Below are positions 9,819-24,800 of a DNA stretch of 64,000 nt, in pieces. Made by a program: the position numbers and the translations under genes. This DNA is from Perna viridis. Taxonomy: Eukaryota. Within the stretch, counting starts at the first letter, position 1, and each line of letters begins with the position of its first letter. The DNA is taken from positions 26,256,995 to 26,320,994 of the forward strand of contig CM074523.1 in assembly GCA_037379345.1 (NCBI GenBank), in the 5' to 3' direction. The notes below the pieces were generated by a model. That model did no database searches. It was not told the DNA's origin and saw only the letters and a program-made list of their open reading frames with translations.

Positions 9819-12800
9819 CTGTGAACAAAAAAAATAGGCATTCTTAAGTAATTTCAATACTCTATAACATTCACTGAGAACAAATATCGATAAAATTTTG
9901 GCTACCACACGATAAAAGAGCTGTAAAAAAAAGACATTGAATTTTTCAGAAATTTTTAAAAAAACTATCACATTACGTTCAGGAGAGTGTAAATGCTTCT
10001 GACACTGTCACTACAGCAACAGCATTAACAATATAATGGTTAGGTGATAAAATTTTTCTTACAATCATGAATTGCACTTTCTTTTGAACTCAATTGATAC
10101 TGATTAAAAATTGAAATCTCAATTGTCTAGCAAGTCTATAATCTGTAACTGTTAATTTTCATCTATGTAAAAAATTCTCCTACATTTACAAAATGGCATC
10201 AACAATGAAAGATCCAAATCAAAATTGATTTGCCAACAAAACTGAATGAAATCAACCCAATAGATGATATCCAAATCGTGCATTTTTTAATGCAAGTAAG
10301 ACCTTCAGCTATTTTTATAACTCTAGCAAGCTAGCATAATTACTTAGGACCTTTTTAAATGAAGATGAAAACAAATCAATTTTATTGTTATTATTATATT
10401 ATATTATATATTATTATTTCATAATACCATACTTAGGGGGACTTACCTTTCTTGCCAAATGTTTGAAGTCATCAGTTGAACAAATTCTCCCAACTTTGCA
10501 GTCAGGTTTTCTAAATGGATTGAGACAGATAACAATATAGGATGACATCTGAAAAACAAAAACGAAAATACTGATCAAATCATTTGAAAATTATGTATTT
10601 TTGATTAAATTGGAAAGTAAACAAAACATTCCACATTGTGCTAAAATTACCTCATTCAACCATTTCTGCAATATCAAGTCACACTATACACAGCAAATTG
10701 ATAAGCAAAGGACCTAAAAAGGGGATACATCCTACAAGTCATCATGCAAAAGCAACATATCAAATACACATGTGTATCTAATCATTCCCTCCAACAGAAG
10801 ATGAGAAATCTGTTACAGAAAAATTGCAGTGGATGACCCGACAAAGACATAACAATAACAAGTCTACAGACTTTAAAAGAGCTGGAACTGCTCATTTGGG
10901 AAAGAAAATCAGAAATCGTGTGGCCATATAGTGCTCTATCAGAATCAGAAATCTTGTGGCCATATAGTGCTCTATCAGAGTAAGAAATCTTGTGGCCATA
11001 TAGTGCTCTATCAGAGTAAGAAATCTTGTGGCCATATAGTGCTCTATCAGAGTAAGAAATCTTGTGGCCATATAGTGCTTTATCAGAATCAGAAATCTTG
11101 TGGCCATATAGTGCTCTATCAGAATCAGAAATCTTGTGGCCATATACTGCTCTATCAGAGTAAGAAATCTTGTGGCCATATAGTGCTCTATCAGAGTAAG
11201 AAATCTTGTGGCCATATAGTGCTCTATCAGAATCAGAAATCTTGTGGCCATATAGTGCTCTATCAGAGTAAGAAATCTTGTGGCCATATAGTGCTCTATC
11301 AGAGTAAGAAATCTTGTGGCCATATAGTGCTCTATCAGAGTAAGAAATCTTGTGGCCATATAGTGCTCTATCAGAATCAGAAATCTTGTGGCCATATAGT
11401 GCTCTATCAGAGTAAGAAATCTTGTGGCCATATAGTGCTCTATCAGAGTAAGAAATCTTGTGGCCATATAGTGCTCTATCAGAGTAAGAAATCTTGTGGC
11501 CATATACTGCTCTATCAGAGTAAGAAATCTTGTGGCCATATACTGCTCTATCAGAATCAGAAATCTTGTGGCCATATACTGCTCTATCAGAATCAGAAAT
11601 CTTGTGGCCATATAGTGCTCTATCAGAGTAAGAAATCTTGTGGCCATATACTGCTCTATCAGAATCAGAAATCTTGTGGCCATATACTGCTCTATCAGGT
11701 AGAACATAAATCTTGACTAATGGCCAATAAATTTACCTAGATTTAGTTCATTACCACACTGTTGTATTGGGCATCAGATACTTAGTACATTACCACACTG
11801 TTGTATTGGGCATCAGATACTTAGTACATTACCACACTGTTGTATTGGACATCAGATACTTAGTACATTACCACACTGTTACTTACTTTCTGTCTGAATT
11901 GATCTTTGATTTTCTTGGCAGTTTCAGTGGACGTGTCAGCAGCAGCAGTAGTTGTCTTCTTTCTTCCAGACTATGCAATATACAGAGGATAAAATCTTCA
12001 ATAAAAAATGCTTTAAAGCCAATTTAGATAATGTCTTGGTTCTCAGATCATCCCTGGTCTATTTTTAAGGTGCTTTATCACCCATTTATGACTCCATATT
12101 GATCAATTTTTTTGATCAGAAAAAAATACATCATCAATTTTTTTTTTGGCATGTATACTGCCAATTATTATCATATCTAAGTTTCAATTTTGAAATGTGT
12201 TGCATTGTCATCATTCCAATCAGGCTTCTTTTAATAAATGTGTTCTACTCTATTTATAGGTAGATTTTGAATTGAAGATACTGCCCTGTAACTTAAGGAG
12301 ATATACGACTGCACTGGTAGTCATGTTCGTAATAAAAATCATTTCATGTATGTCAAACATTTAAGGATGAGAACGTTCATCAACACAACAGACCCCCCTC
12401 AAAACCAAATATGAAAAACATTAGAGTACACAGACAGAAGGCTCCAGTCACCGATGGGAGGAACATTGCCACTGTCACTGTTACTCCTAAATACAATGTT
12501 GGAAATCATTTTTTGCCCAAGGTCGCCTAGTACACAGTTCAATTCATTATTAACTTGTCCAAAAATTAACAAAACTTGACTTGCATCTCTTAAAATTTGT
12601 GGCTAATATGAGCAACTGCTTACAATGCTATATTCTACAAAACTGAAAGGCAGGTACTTCTAATTTTAAACACTTCGTAGAACTTGCCTGAGGGAAGAAT
12701 GTACAACCTACTGCCCATTAGGCTGCCAATTCAGTCAAAGAATTATTCTTAAATCTCGGGAAATGAAGCAAAATATGCACTTAGGTCTCTCTTATGGTAA

Positions 12801-15800
12801 GAGGAACCTCCCTTTTGTGTATGTATGCCAACCGTTTTTATGATAAGTTACCTTATCATCAGGAGGAGTATCAATATCCATGTCATCCATAATAGAGTCT
12901 TCCCACCCTGGTGGACTCCACTGTGTTTGCCTGAAACAAAAAATACACCATTATACATACATATTTTCCCTTTTTTGCACCATGTGATTCCCTGAAGTTC
13001 TGAACAGCCAGCCAAAGTTATATATCTTTCTTCACAAACATCTACATACGATGCCTCACCAGTTTATTAGGTTTCAATCCATCAATTGGTTTTAAAGGAG
13101 TTGCACTTTCAAGATATATGAATAAATGGACAGTTAAGCCTAAGCCTAGGGGCCAGGGGTATAAAAAGTAGATTGTCTGAAATAAGCATAACCTGTGCTT
13201 GATAGAGGTGGAAGTAAAACTTGCCAAACATCAACCCTTCCTTTAGAAAACCGAAATTTTTCACTGTTTTTTTTTTTAAATTAAAAAAAAAAAATTCAAA
13301 ATGACCTATTTTACAACCTACCTGGTTGTAGTATGGTAGTAATAGAGTTTTCCTTCAGCATCCTTGGCAGTTTTCCAGTTGGGAGGTAGTTTAGGAGTCT
13401 TGGACTTGGGAGGTGATGGAGGAGGGGGTACATCCTCATCCTCTGATGCACCCACACCTGTGAGCTGACTCTGCATCTCCATTTGTTGCTGTAATTGTTG
13501 TATCTGGCAAAAAAAAAAAAAAAAAGGTCAAAGGTCAAATCGTACATTTCATTAGCAATAGTAAAAGAAATATCAAAGGATACCTGGCAGAATAAAAATA
13601 TTAACTAGAACTTAAAAAAAAACAAAAAACAATACAGAACAAAGTTTGATACTATTTTTTTAACAACTTCAGAATTAACCCTGAGACAGTTAAAATATAA
13701 TTTTTGTAAAACCTAGGTAACATTTTTGAAAATCTTAAAAAAGTGTCTAGTTTTGTTCCAAAAGTATTTTTAGAAAAAGAAATTGTTTTGCTGCTAATTC
13801 AATGACATAAAGCATAAAATTTCAATAAAACAACGGTGCTAGAAACAAATATTAGAGTTGTAACGGTTTTACCACCCATTCTTTGGTATAATACCATTTT
13901 ATATACATACTGTAAAAGTACTATTGTTTGTGGGGTACCAATTTTCGAGGATTTTGTGGGTAAAGTAAACCATGAAATTTGATTCCCAACAAAAAGGATT
14001 ATTTACTTTAAATTGTACAACAGGATCATCAAAACCAGGAATTCAAGAATCCATGAACTTGTGTTTTTCCCCCTTAACCACGAAAATTGATACCACAAAT
14101 ATAAGAACCTTTCACATGTGCATTAATGTTGTTTTTTTAATTGTACATTTATATACAGTACAAAATATGTGATACACTCAATAAAGACTTGTATTCAGTT
14201 AAATTATATTAAAAAGAATTTGTGCAGTCACAGCACTATCCCCACCCACAAATATCATAAAAACTGCAATATATGTGCATAAATGTTTGCAACAGTTCGA
14301 GGAAAAAAAAATGTAATATAAATTGTAGATATATATATGCATTGGGGCAACCACATTTCAGATCAATGCAAGCAGTGTTGTGTTAAGGGCATACCAATTC
14401 ATATCAAATCTTATCAATTAAGTCCAACAAAAAACTTGGGGTCAGAACTAGCAACAAACTTTATAAATGTAAAACCTTTCTGTAAAATGAGACAAAACCA
14501 GAATTTCGTGAGCAATGGCTCACAAGTGACATCCCTGTTTTCAATCATAATATAAGGAAAATAAACAGAGAAAGTTATTGCCAATTTTTTCCAAAAATGG
14601 ATCCCACAATATAGCATGTCTATATACAGGAAGAAAGATTAAAATTTCAAGCAGCTGTGATGAGTATTTGCCAGTATACTGTGACGGAAAAAATTAGTAG
14701 GGACCCACAGAAACATAGACACTGGTAAAACAGTACCCCCCCCCAAAAAAAACTCCGAAAAGTGCTAGGGACCCATGGAAACACAGACAAAGGTAAAACA
14801 GTACACACACACCACACACTCCAAAAAGTGCAGAACTAACAAATAGATATAAGGTGTTATATCTTACCCAGGAAAAAAAAACTTTTTAAATTCAAAACAT
14901 TCCCTCAACCCAAATGTAACACATGGTATTATAACTATCAACAGGCAGTCTGCCCAATATTGGCTTGATTTTTGGAGCAACAGAGGTTACACAGACATAC
15001 AGACAAATCTAACTTGATTTTGAGCACTACTGGCAGGTATTGAAGCCACTAGTGCAGCAAACTATTTACAAAGGATGGCAGTGTTCTCTGGCTTACGTAA
15101 GTATGTATTGGTAATGTAGTAAGCAAATGAAAAGCCCTACTACCTAAAGTTAAGCTAGGTCTAATTAATATCAAATCTGATCTCAATATTGTATTGTCAG
15201 GGTTTTGACAGGTATTGGATTTAAGCTTATTTTGTAATCTTCAAATTATTTTAGAAAATATTAACTCAGCGGTAATTTACCATTGCAAGTTGCATGGCAC
15301 ATCTCTAATACTGAACAGTGGGAAATTAAACAGGCTTCATAAGAAAAAACAATAAAACAAAGTTATCTAACAAGAACTTATTACAGTTCGACAGTTAATT
15401 TACAGCACATACAATGAGGATGTTCAATGAATAGAGTTCATTTTCCCTTAATCAAATGAATATCACCTGATGAGCTACATTTCTGTACCTTATGTAGTGA
15501 ACTGATTCATTGAAGTGGGAGATTTAGACCTTCTATATCATATTCCATAGATGTTTAAATAAGTTAAATTCTATCTCCTGGACATCATTTTATGCGCTAT
15601 AAAATAACTCTAGATAATGACCCAGGTCAAAATGATGTCTTTAAACCCTGATAATATGATATTGACTTCCTTGCTTGACCATAAGTCCAGTCTCAATGTA
15701 AGATGACTTACAACGTGATACATTTAAACCCTGACAATAAAAAATGAGCTTCTTGTTTGACCTTAATTAGACTAAACAAAGCCCAGTCCGATTGTATGAG

Positions 15801-18800
15801 TGTAACATTAAACTTACAGCTATGAGATGCAAAGAAAAAAAAAAATAAACAAAAATTATTCTTAGAATAAAGGACAAGTTTAAGGATTAACTATTTCAAA
15901 CAGTATATAAATATTAACATTTGGTAACAATGCAAAGAAAACAGTGTAAATTAAGCCATCCATACATTATTTTTTGGCAAATCTGTGATCTTTAGAAAAC
16001 AAACATTTGCATGAAAATATAATTAGAACTTTTTTCCAGACTTAAAAAGAAGGTCATACTTTAAAACATTAGTATTGGGTGTTTACAATGAAAGGAAATT
16101 ATATAGAAGGAATTTTATTATCATTTTTTAAAATGCCAATGGAACAACCTTAAAATGTGTGGCATGAATTATTTTAGAAGTGGCATGAAAAAATTGCAGA
16201 ATTATTTTATCAGTGACCTTGAGCAGTGCACAACAAACATTTTTAAAAATATCTTATGGGCTTAACATTGACCATTATTTGTGATTTATTATTGATATTC
16301 CTGCTGGCAAGTATGTAGATATTAATCTCCCTCAAAATTACTTTTGAGAAAAAATATATGTGTAAAGTATTCCTTTGTACAAAATATACACATACGCAGA
16401 GCTTAACAAAATGCAACATTTAGATATTCAAGAGAAGAATCTCAATCTAATACAATCTATTAAATATTCAATCAGACACTGCATTATTGATCAATCAACA
16501 TCATACTCTACATTCTTTTCTGATGACCTTCTCGATCAGCCATTCAAATTTCAGCTTCCATAACTGTGATAGCACCATTTGAAGGTAAAAACTTGTGGAT
16601 TCTGAAAAGGTCATCTCAACAGAGAGTAGAATGGAGTTGTAAAACCGTGGGTAGAGTAATTAAGAAATTGGTACAATCTGGTGGGTTAATTGTAAAAAAA
16701 AACACAAACATTACCCCCCCCCCCCCCCCACAAAAAGAAGAATTTACAAATCATTTCCAACAAATGCAACTTTACACATTTTTGTTCAAATTTGTTTTAG
16801 AAAAATCATTAAAAAAAAAACAACATGCATTGTACATTTTTAAAAAAAAAATGTGAACTAGCACATTATCTGAGCACAAAATAAAATATATCTGATTAAA
16901 AGTTGATAACTACAAGTATTACAACCCACACCAAAGCTACTAGCAATGCTACATGTAGGTGAATAAAGCTGGTGTACACTCTTACACAGATACATGTGTA
17001 TATTATGGATATTTCTGAATAATTATATTAGGAATACACAAAACTCAAATATTACACTCCACTTTATTCTAAAATTCTATAATTCTTAACTATGTATTAA
17101 CTTTGCGTTCAAATTTACTTAAGTTAAATTTAAATTTCTCGATGTTATTAAATTGAACTAAACATTTAAAACATTTTTGCACCTAAAATAATGTTTTTCA
17201 CACAATAGATAAATTTTAAGTTTTTCTTAATATTTTTTTCAACTTGATATAGCAAGTAAAACAGTATTGAGAAGATACATCTATCCAACAGGAATGGTGG
17301 AATGATTTAAACTTTTTCGTCCATAATCTCTTTAAATCAATCCTACATTTAAACTTTATTTTAACACATCCCATTTTATTCCAGGTTGTTAAAATTAGCT
17401 CACTTAAACCACAATTTACAAGATAAAGAACAAAAACTGACAAAATTGAGCATAAACAAACAACACAATAAAAAATAAAATCATGATCTGAGAAATTCTG
17501 TTTTAAAGCAGATGAAAATCATATCTGCTTATTCTGACAGAAATATCCATTATATATCTAATGAAGAGGTCAATATCTAGGACAAAAATCAGATGATGGC
17601 TTACTCTTTCTGCAATAGAGTCTTTTTGAACTGCTGGTGTTGTAGTTGGCGTCTTCAAAAGATGATTATATTAAATTTAAACTGCATGACTATATACAGT
17701 GTACCATAGTTTGTTTTTTTTTCTCATATAGACATTATAGAACATTCCACAAACAGGAACATTTGTCTTCAAGTTAAAGGTGACTTCGGTAAGGTACAAA
17801 ATACCATGTACAAACTAATGTTTGTGGAGAAAAGATTTGTGGTTCTGTCAAACATGAATATAAATACCTAACAAAGGTAAAATATCTTGTTCAAAAATTT
17901 AAGATCCCACACAAAATCCATAAAATAAAGTCATTTTGAAAGTAGACACAGACAAATAGAAGTACATTAACAGCAACTTATTTAAACAAATGAAAAACAC
18001 AACAGCTAAACGTAATGATCCAATTTCATCAATTAAATGTGGCTACTTTTTACTTGTAATACATTCATATGAACAGTTTACTAAGACTGGTCACAAATTT
18101 ATAACTTTTCAAACTAATAAATTTTTATGATGCCAATTTTTACTTTACTCTGATTTTCTTTTTGAGAAAAAAAGTTCGGAAGTAAACACTTTTGTTCCAT
18201 ACCGAATGCATAACTATGTCCTTTACTGTTTAATTACTTGAGTTAGTAGCATATCTCTTTTAATTGTTGATGCACATCATTTCAAATAAGTGTAACAATA
18301 AACCTTTGTAAAAAATATCCTTTGATTGAGTGAATTTGACCTTTGACCTCAACTGACTTGACCTCAATAATCATTTGAGTTCTACATTAATGAATTAATT
18401 AATGAAGGGTGTTTTAGAGAGTATGTATATAAGTGTAACTGTAACCTTGGCAACTTGATGTTGGGGGTACAATTAAACTCCTAATACCTGTTGTATAAAA
18501 GCTTGTGACTCCCCAGTTTGCTGGACAGTCTGTTGGTAAAGTTCTGTTGATTGTTGCCCAGCCTGCTGGTAGAACTCTGCAGGCTGTTGTCCTGTACCTT
18601 GTTGATAAAGCTCACTAGACTGCTGGTACGCCATTTCCTGGGAAGTCTGGCCATATCCTGCCATGGCCTGTTGAGCCATTAACTGTTCCTGCATCTGATA
18701 AGGGAAAGAACCAGAGTGTTATTAGTTGGAATTGTATCAGCAATTATATTAACATATGCAGATTTAAAGCATAAAATTTTTCAATTATCATTTTTTAGCT

Positions 18801-21800
18801 TTAAAAGGGGCCATATTGCTGTAAACAGGAAGTAGAAGCTTGAAAGACCTGAAATCCCATCTCACAATATGGGACCCAATACTGAAGTGGAGTACCAAAT
18901 ATCTAATACCTGTGATTTTAAGTTGCTGTGAAAAATATGATAAAAATGTTTTCCCCGCCTGTCCAACACCCGCCCTTCTAACAGCAGATTTGCATGATTG
19001 CAAAACTTTGCTGCATTAAATATCCCCTCAAAGCCTGAATTTTTCACTGCAACCTCTCAATACATAACCATTAACACCTACTATTCCCACCTGGTTAACC
19101 AAGTATCTCTTCAGAAAACCAAGAATGGGATTAGATGAACCCTTACAGCATAAGCTCTAGACATAACATACATCTTACCTTAACATGTATTATTGTCTAG
19201 CACTAATTTACAAGTTTACCTGTTGGTTGACAATCTGTTGCTGTAGTGTCTCCTCAGAATAACCAGGTTGAGGTTGTATAAACCCTTGCTGTATCAGATA
19301 GGCCTGGATTATCTCTGGAGGATAAGGCTGTCCTGTGCTAGGGTCAATGAAATACTGCTCCATACCTAGAATACAGAAATGTACATAAAATTCCATGCAT
19401 TTTTATACACTTATACAATTTCATACATTTTTATATATTTTTTAGACTTTATACAAATGAACTTCTATGTTAACATTACAATGATTTGAGGATTTAATTT
19501 AATACACTGGAACAATATGCAAATGAACTCTTCCAAGCCTTTTGAATCCAGTTAAAAGGATTCTAAAAAGTTTCCATTTTCTTAGCATTATAAATAAAGG
19601 AAACTGCTCTGTTGATCACTTATAACCAAAAACTGAATCAAACTTGACAAACATGTTTAATGGTCCACATCACTAAGCTGAAGATTAAAAGATTTAATTG
19701 TGTGGTTCAGAAACAATAGGTCTGATTGACAGACCAGTGAACATGTAAATCACTCTTTCACGTCCAGAGAGTAAAACTGCCAATTAGTGAACTCAGAAAT
19801 TTCAAGAACTGAGACAATCATTGCCTGAAGAAATTTGAAACAATATACATCTAACTTTAACAAAATATATGCATGTATGAGAGCGATTCTAACCTGGAGG
19901 AATTTGGAAGCCTTGATCCTGCTGATAATACATGTAGTTGTTAGGATCTGAGTAGAACTGTTGTAGATATGCCTCTCTCTTCTGTCTTTCTAACTCAGCC
20001 ATTTCTTCCTCAGCCTTGACCTTGGCCTCAAATATCTGTCTTCTCTCTTCCTTACTCATTTTGGGAGGAGTCGGTAGTAATACTTTCCTGTGATGTACAA
20101 TTACAGCATTTTCTACATAAATAATGACTGATAATTATAAACAATAAACCTTCAGATATTATTTTTCTTATAAATTGGCCTTACTACCTTTAAACATGCA
20201 TTCAATGAATTATTGCTAAGTATCCTCATTTTCTATATGTAATGCACTCATCTGCACAATACATCCACCTGTGCTAACTAATTTGTATTTAGACATTGGG
20301 CATGACAGTCTGATATGTAAAATGGATAATGCAAAATGAACTCTTGCAGAATGAAAACTTGCCCATGCAAGCAATAGCTGGAATGTTCAGTCACCTACAA
20401 GATTTACCAAGATAATTTTTACTCTTATCTTCAGGAGGATTGAATCTTGACTAACCTAGGTTTACCAGCATCACTATCACTCTCATCTTCTGGGGGAGGT
20501 GGAGGAGGAGGCCTCTTTTTCTTTTTCCTGGTATCCCATCCAGCAGCTGTAAAGAAGTATTGAACTTGAATATTTCCATGCACTTTGTAAATGTATTAAA
20601 ATACACATTAAAATAAAGAATGTAATTTGCAGATCAAAATAATTTTCTTTAACTTGACAAATTTATATGTATGTGATAACAAGTTCAATTTAAAACAAAT
20701 TTGATGTTCTTCAAAGTAGAACTAAATATATCCTTATTTCCTTGAATATATCTGTAAATGCTTTTGAAGAATTGAGTGAAACATTTATTCCAGAGAATGT
20801 GTTCTCTCTAATAAAGGGCAGGCCTAAAATATCCCACACTCCTTTTTCTTGTCTTTAAATCCTGATAATTCTAAAACAAAACAAAAAAATGAACAAAAAC
20901 AGACCCAGACAATAGGGAGATTCCTTCCAACATTACATTTTTTTTTAATTCTTACAATTGCTTCTTTATCTATGTACACCTCATTGACAGCCCAACGGAC
21001 AGTTCTATATTATCAAAAGAATGATTAAAATACCACATACCCAATTGTTTGAATCTATCTTGGTCTCTCTCCAATTGTTCCATTCTTCTGCTCTTGTCAG
21101 GATTAGAACTATCTGTAAGATAAGAATCCAGTAGATGCAATTACAAATTGATTGCCTGTAGCTGGACACCTAATACTATTTTAAGAACAAACATAGACCT
21201 TTCTTTTTTTTAATGAGGTTTTTAATGTATTACATGTAGTTCAAAGTTAATGCAACAGAAGGCATGTCATTCTGTATATTCTGACTTATGCCCCCATCAG
21301 TGGATAAGCAGGATTTTTTTTTTCTGTTTTTAATTCCTTAGTATGTACATTATATGCTGGGATGTTAATAGAAGCTGTCAACCGGCAAAATTGGATGGCT
21401 ACTTTATTTTCAAAAATGGGTGAACTCTAACAAAGTTTCCATCAGTCTGCCTACTAATTTTCTTTTTATTTCCTGCTACTTTAAATACTACTGACATCCC
21501 TGGTATGTGCAAAAAGGTCAAACTAATAGCTTCACTTTCCAACATGCTCCCACTTGATCACTTACAGACATTTATGGTGTGTAAACATATCTACAAGTAC
21601 ATGTACAAGCAACACAGAATGAATGGCAACACACTCATAACAGTGTACACATAGTGCTACATGTCTACACTGAATCCTATTCTAATAGCAGAAATTTTAC
21701 AATTAACACAGCTCCATATCAATTGAAATTGATTTATAGACATCGAGTTAGGACAGTTTCACTGCATACTCAAATCTGAATCTATCATGCACAATCATTG

Positions 21801-24800
21801 TACCTAATTCTCTTTCTATCCTCTTCCTTTCTTCAACCTGCTGTTTCTTTGGTATCCTAAATAACTCCTGTAAAACATAATAAGTATTATCTATAAAATT
21901 ATCTGTCTTTTATACTACTGGATTCATGAGGAGATTTGAAATCAGTGATATGTTTGTATAATATTCAATTTCACCAAGCCTGTCAAGCTTTCGTTTGAAA
22001 CAGAATGAAATCAGTCCAAGTTATTTTGATGCTTACATGAGATTGATGTAAAATGCTAAATACAACATTTTTATGAGTTGTGTCCCATACCTAAATAACT
22101 CCTGTAAAATATAACAAGAATCATCTATAAAATTGACTTTTTTCCAATGGATTAACCAGGAGATTTATACAAGCCTCTCATTTGTCATTGATTGTGAGTA
22201 GACAACTATATATTACTTGTCTCACTAACAAGTTTTGAACTATATTTTTATTATTCATGTCTGGTCCTAGAATGCTATACATGTATTACAATTCTAGGCT
22301 AGAACAAGTTAATATTTTATCTTACTGGTCCCTCAAACATTTATTTGTGGAGATATTTAAATGAGTTACCTCAATTTCACACACAGAAAATTTAAGTTCA
22401 ACAAACCTTAAGATCACTCCAGTTCAATAAAAGTTCATCAGCCAAAATAGCAACAGCATCCATTGGGTCTGGTCTAGGTTCAATGTACTTTATCTCCTCC
22501 AAAGCAGAAGAGCTATCAGCAGCCACTGTTTCTACCTCTGATGTTGAAGAATCAGCTGGTGACTGAACTGGTTTCTCTGAACTTCCAGCTCCATCACTGG
22601 TTGAGTTGATATCAGCAGACTGGTGCCCTTCAGCAGCCTCTGCTTCTGACACTGGATCAGTCTCACTGACTGGTTTGTTTTCAAAATCAGTGTACAATTC
22701 TTGAGATGTGTATTCACTAATATCATCAGGGAACCTGACACGTTTCTTCCCTTGTCTAGTGTCTTTGCTGGAGGCCAAGATTGATGCTGGCATTTCCTTG
22801 GGAACTGGGGGCGGAGGAATTGATTGACTTGGTTGTAGCTCCTCCCCTTCTTCACGCCCTGCCCACCTTTGTACCAGAGAAAGAATCTTACTGTCTTTAA
22901 TCATATTCTTTGTTGTAATGGGTAAGATCTTCAATGTTCCCAATATCTGAAATAAAATGTTGGAAGTTTTAATCTAACAACAGGTCAATGTTAAAAACCA
23001 ATACAGCTACTTGGTCATTATATATCAGCTACTTGCACAGATCACACTGGGCGTCGCCAATGTCGCAATTTGCAAAATTGACAGCTAGTGATTTTTCTGG
23101 TGACAGAATTTTGGAAGCAGAGCAGCCCCGGTACTGGGTTATTATGTTATTATATATCAAATGAAACTAGTGAAATCTTGTTTGGGTTTCATGAAGTAGA
23201 TCACTAACACAATAACAAAACAATATGAAGATGATTTGAATTTGAAAGATTGAATTATGCAACATTTAATTTAATCATACTACTATTCAGGAGTATTGGT
23301 TTCAATATCTTTTCTTTCAATTCTACTATTTGGCACTTATTTCTTTGAGGTGCAGTTAAACCTAACCCCTCAAAGGGCATTTAACTTATGTCCTTACACA
23401 GACTACTTCATTTACACAGACAAATCAATCTAATCAAAAGTAGACAAATTAAGGTCTCAGTATCGTATTAATTTTCCCATAGACTTCTATAGTGAAGTGC
23501 ATATTTTTAGGATTTTTTAAAAATTATGTAAATTGATTCAATAAAACTTTCACTTATGTAGCATTTCTAAGGACATGTGAAAAAATAATTTCCCACAAAG
23601 AAAATAGGGTGAGTCCACGAAGATTGGACAGAAAAGTAGTCTTGAACTATAAATAGCCATTTTCCCTACTTTCAGTTTCGTTTTGCACTCACCAAACCAA
23701 CCTTTTCAGTGGAACATTTTTATGATATTATGTTAGATTTTCTTTTAAAAAAGTTCTTCATCTTACAGTGTGATGTTTGCTCTATTTTTTAAGTCATTGT
23801 TCATGTCTTTTGACAAAACATTAGTTTGTAGAGAGGCAAAAAGAAAATGCACTATATTTTTATGGCATCCATGTTTTGACGTACACCCGCTCAGGGATAT
23901 GCAATACGATACTGGTACCTTAAACATGCTTCTGTGTGAAATCATACATGTGCTATAACTAATTAAGAATAAACTAGCTTGAGATATGATGATCATACAT
24001 GTGCTATAACTAATTAAGAATAAACTAGCTTGAGATAAGATGATCATATTTCATATGATGATCACATTTCAGCTTACATATGATTAACACATGATTCTCA
24101 TATGGCAACCATGATGATTATCATATGTGAACAGTGAACAAGTTTAACTTTACACATGACAATTAGCATATGTAAATGAATTACATGATTTCCTCATGTT
24201 TATCATTGAACGAAAATGGATATGGTAAATGTGTCAAAGAGAACTCCCACCAGGATGAAAAATGTCAGCTCAAGGCCCCCATATATGGGACTTTTGATTG
24301 AGTATATCTGGAATCCTTTAACACTAACCTTGACCTTGAGGTCTTGCCACTCTTCCTTACTATCAGCCATCCATGTCCACAACAACTCTAACCCATGATA
24401 GTCCAGGAAAAGTCTCAAACAGTTATCTTCAGAACAGTCCTGCAATGAAATAAGTGGTTTTTTTTTCGCAACCACATAAAAAAACCACAAGATACTCGAA
24501 CTACTTCAACAATACAGGTACAACTGAATTAAAAGTCCACTCAATAAATTAAATGACAAGACGCTTTGACAATAATAAAAAAAAAATGTAACAATTCAAA
24601 ATCACCATGGAAGACTAATTGTACTTTTCAATACCAATTCCTATAGCTTCAGAGTACATATGTAAGTTTTTCATCTTGAGGAAAAAGTATGTAGGATGAA
24701 AAAATAAACTCAATGAACAGACTGAGTTAACAAAGAATGGCAGATATTTCATGTATATGTATTGCTGGATGAGATTTTTTTTTATCAAACAAGCTTTTTA

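Noticed and set aside
10909-11698. CRISPR-like 36-bp repeats
   Set aside because: Head-to-tail units with no unique spacers, no cas genes, eukaryotic intron.
10892-11716. 271-aa and 261-aa ORFs on opposite strands
   Set aside because: Both are translations of the 36-bp minisatellite; near-identical units and an intronic position, with no coding support.
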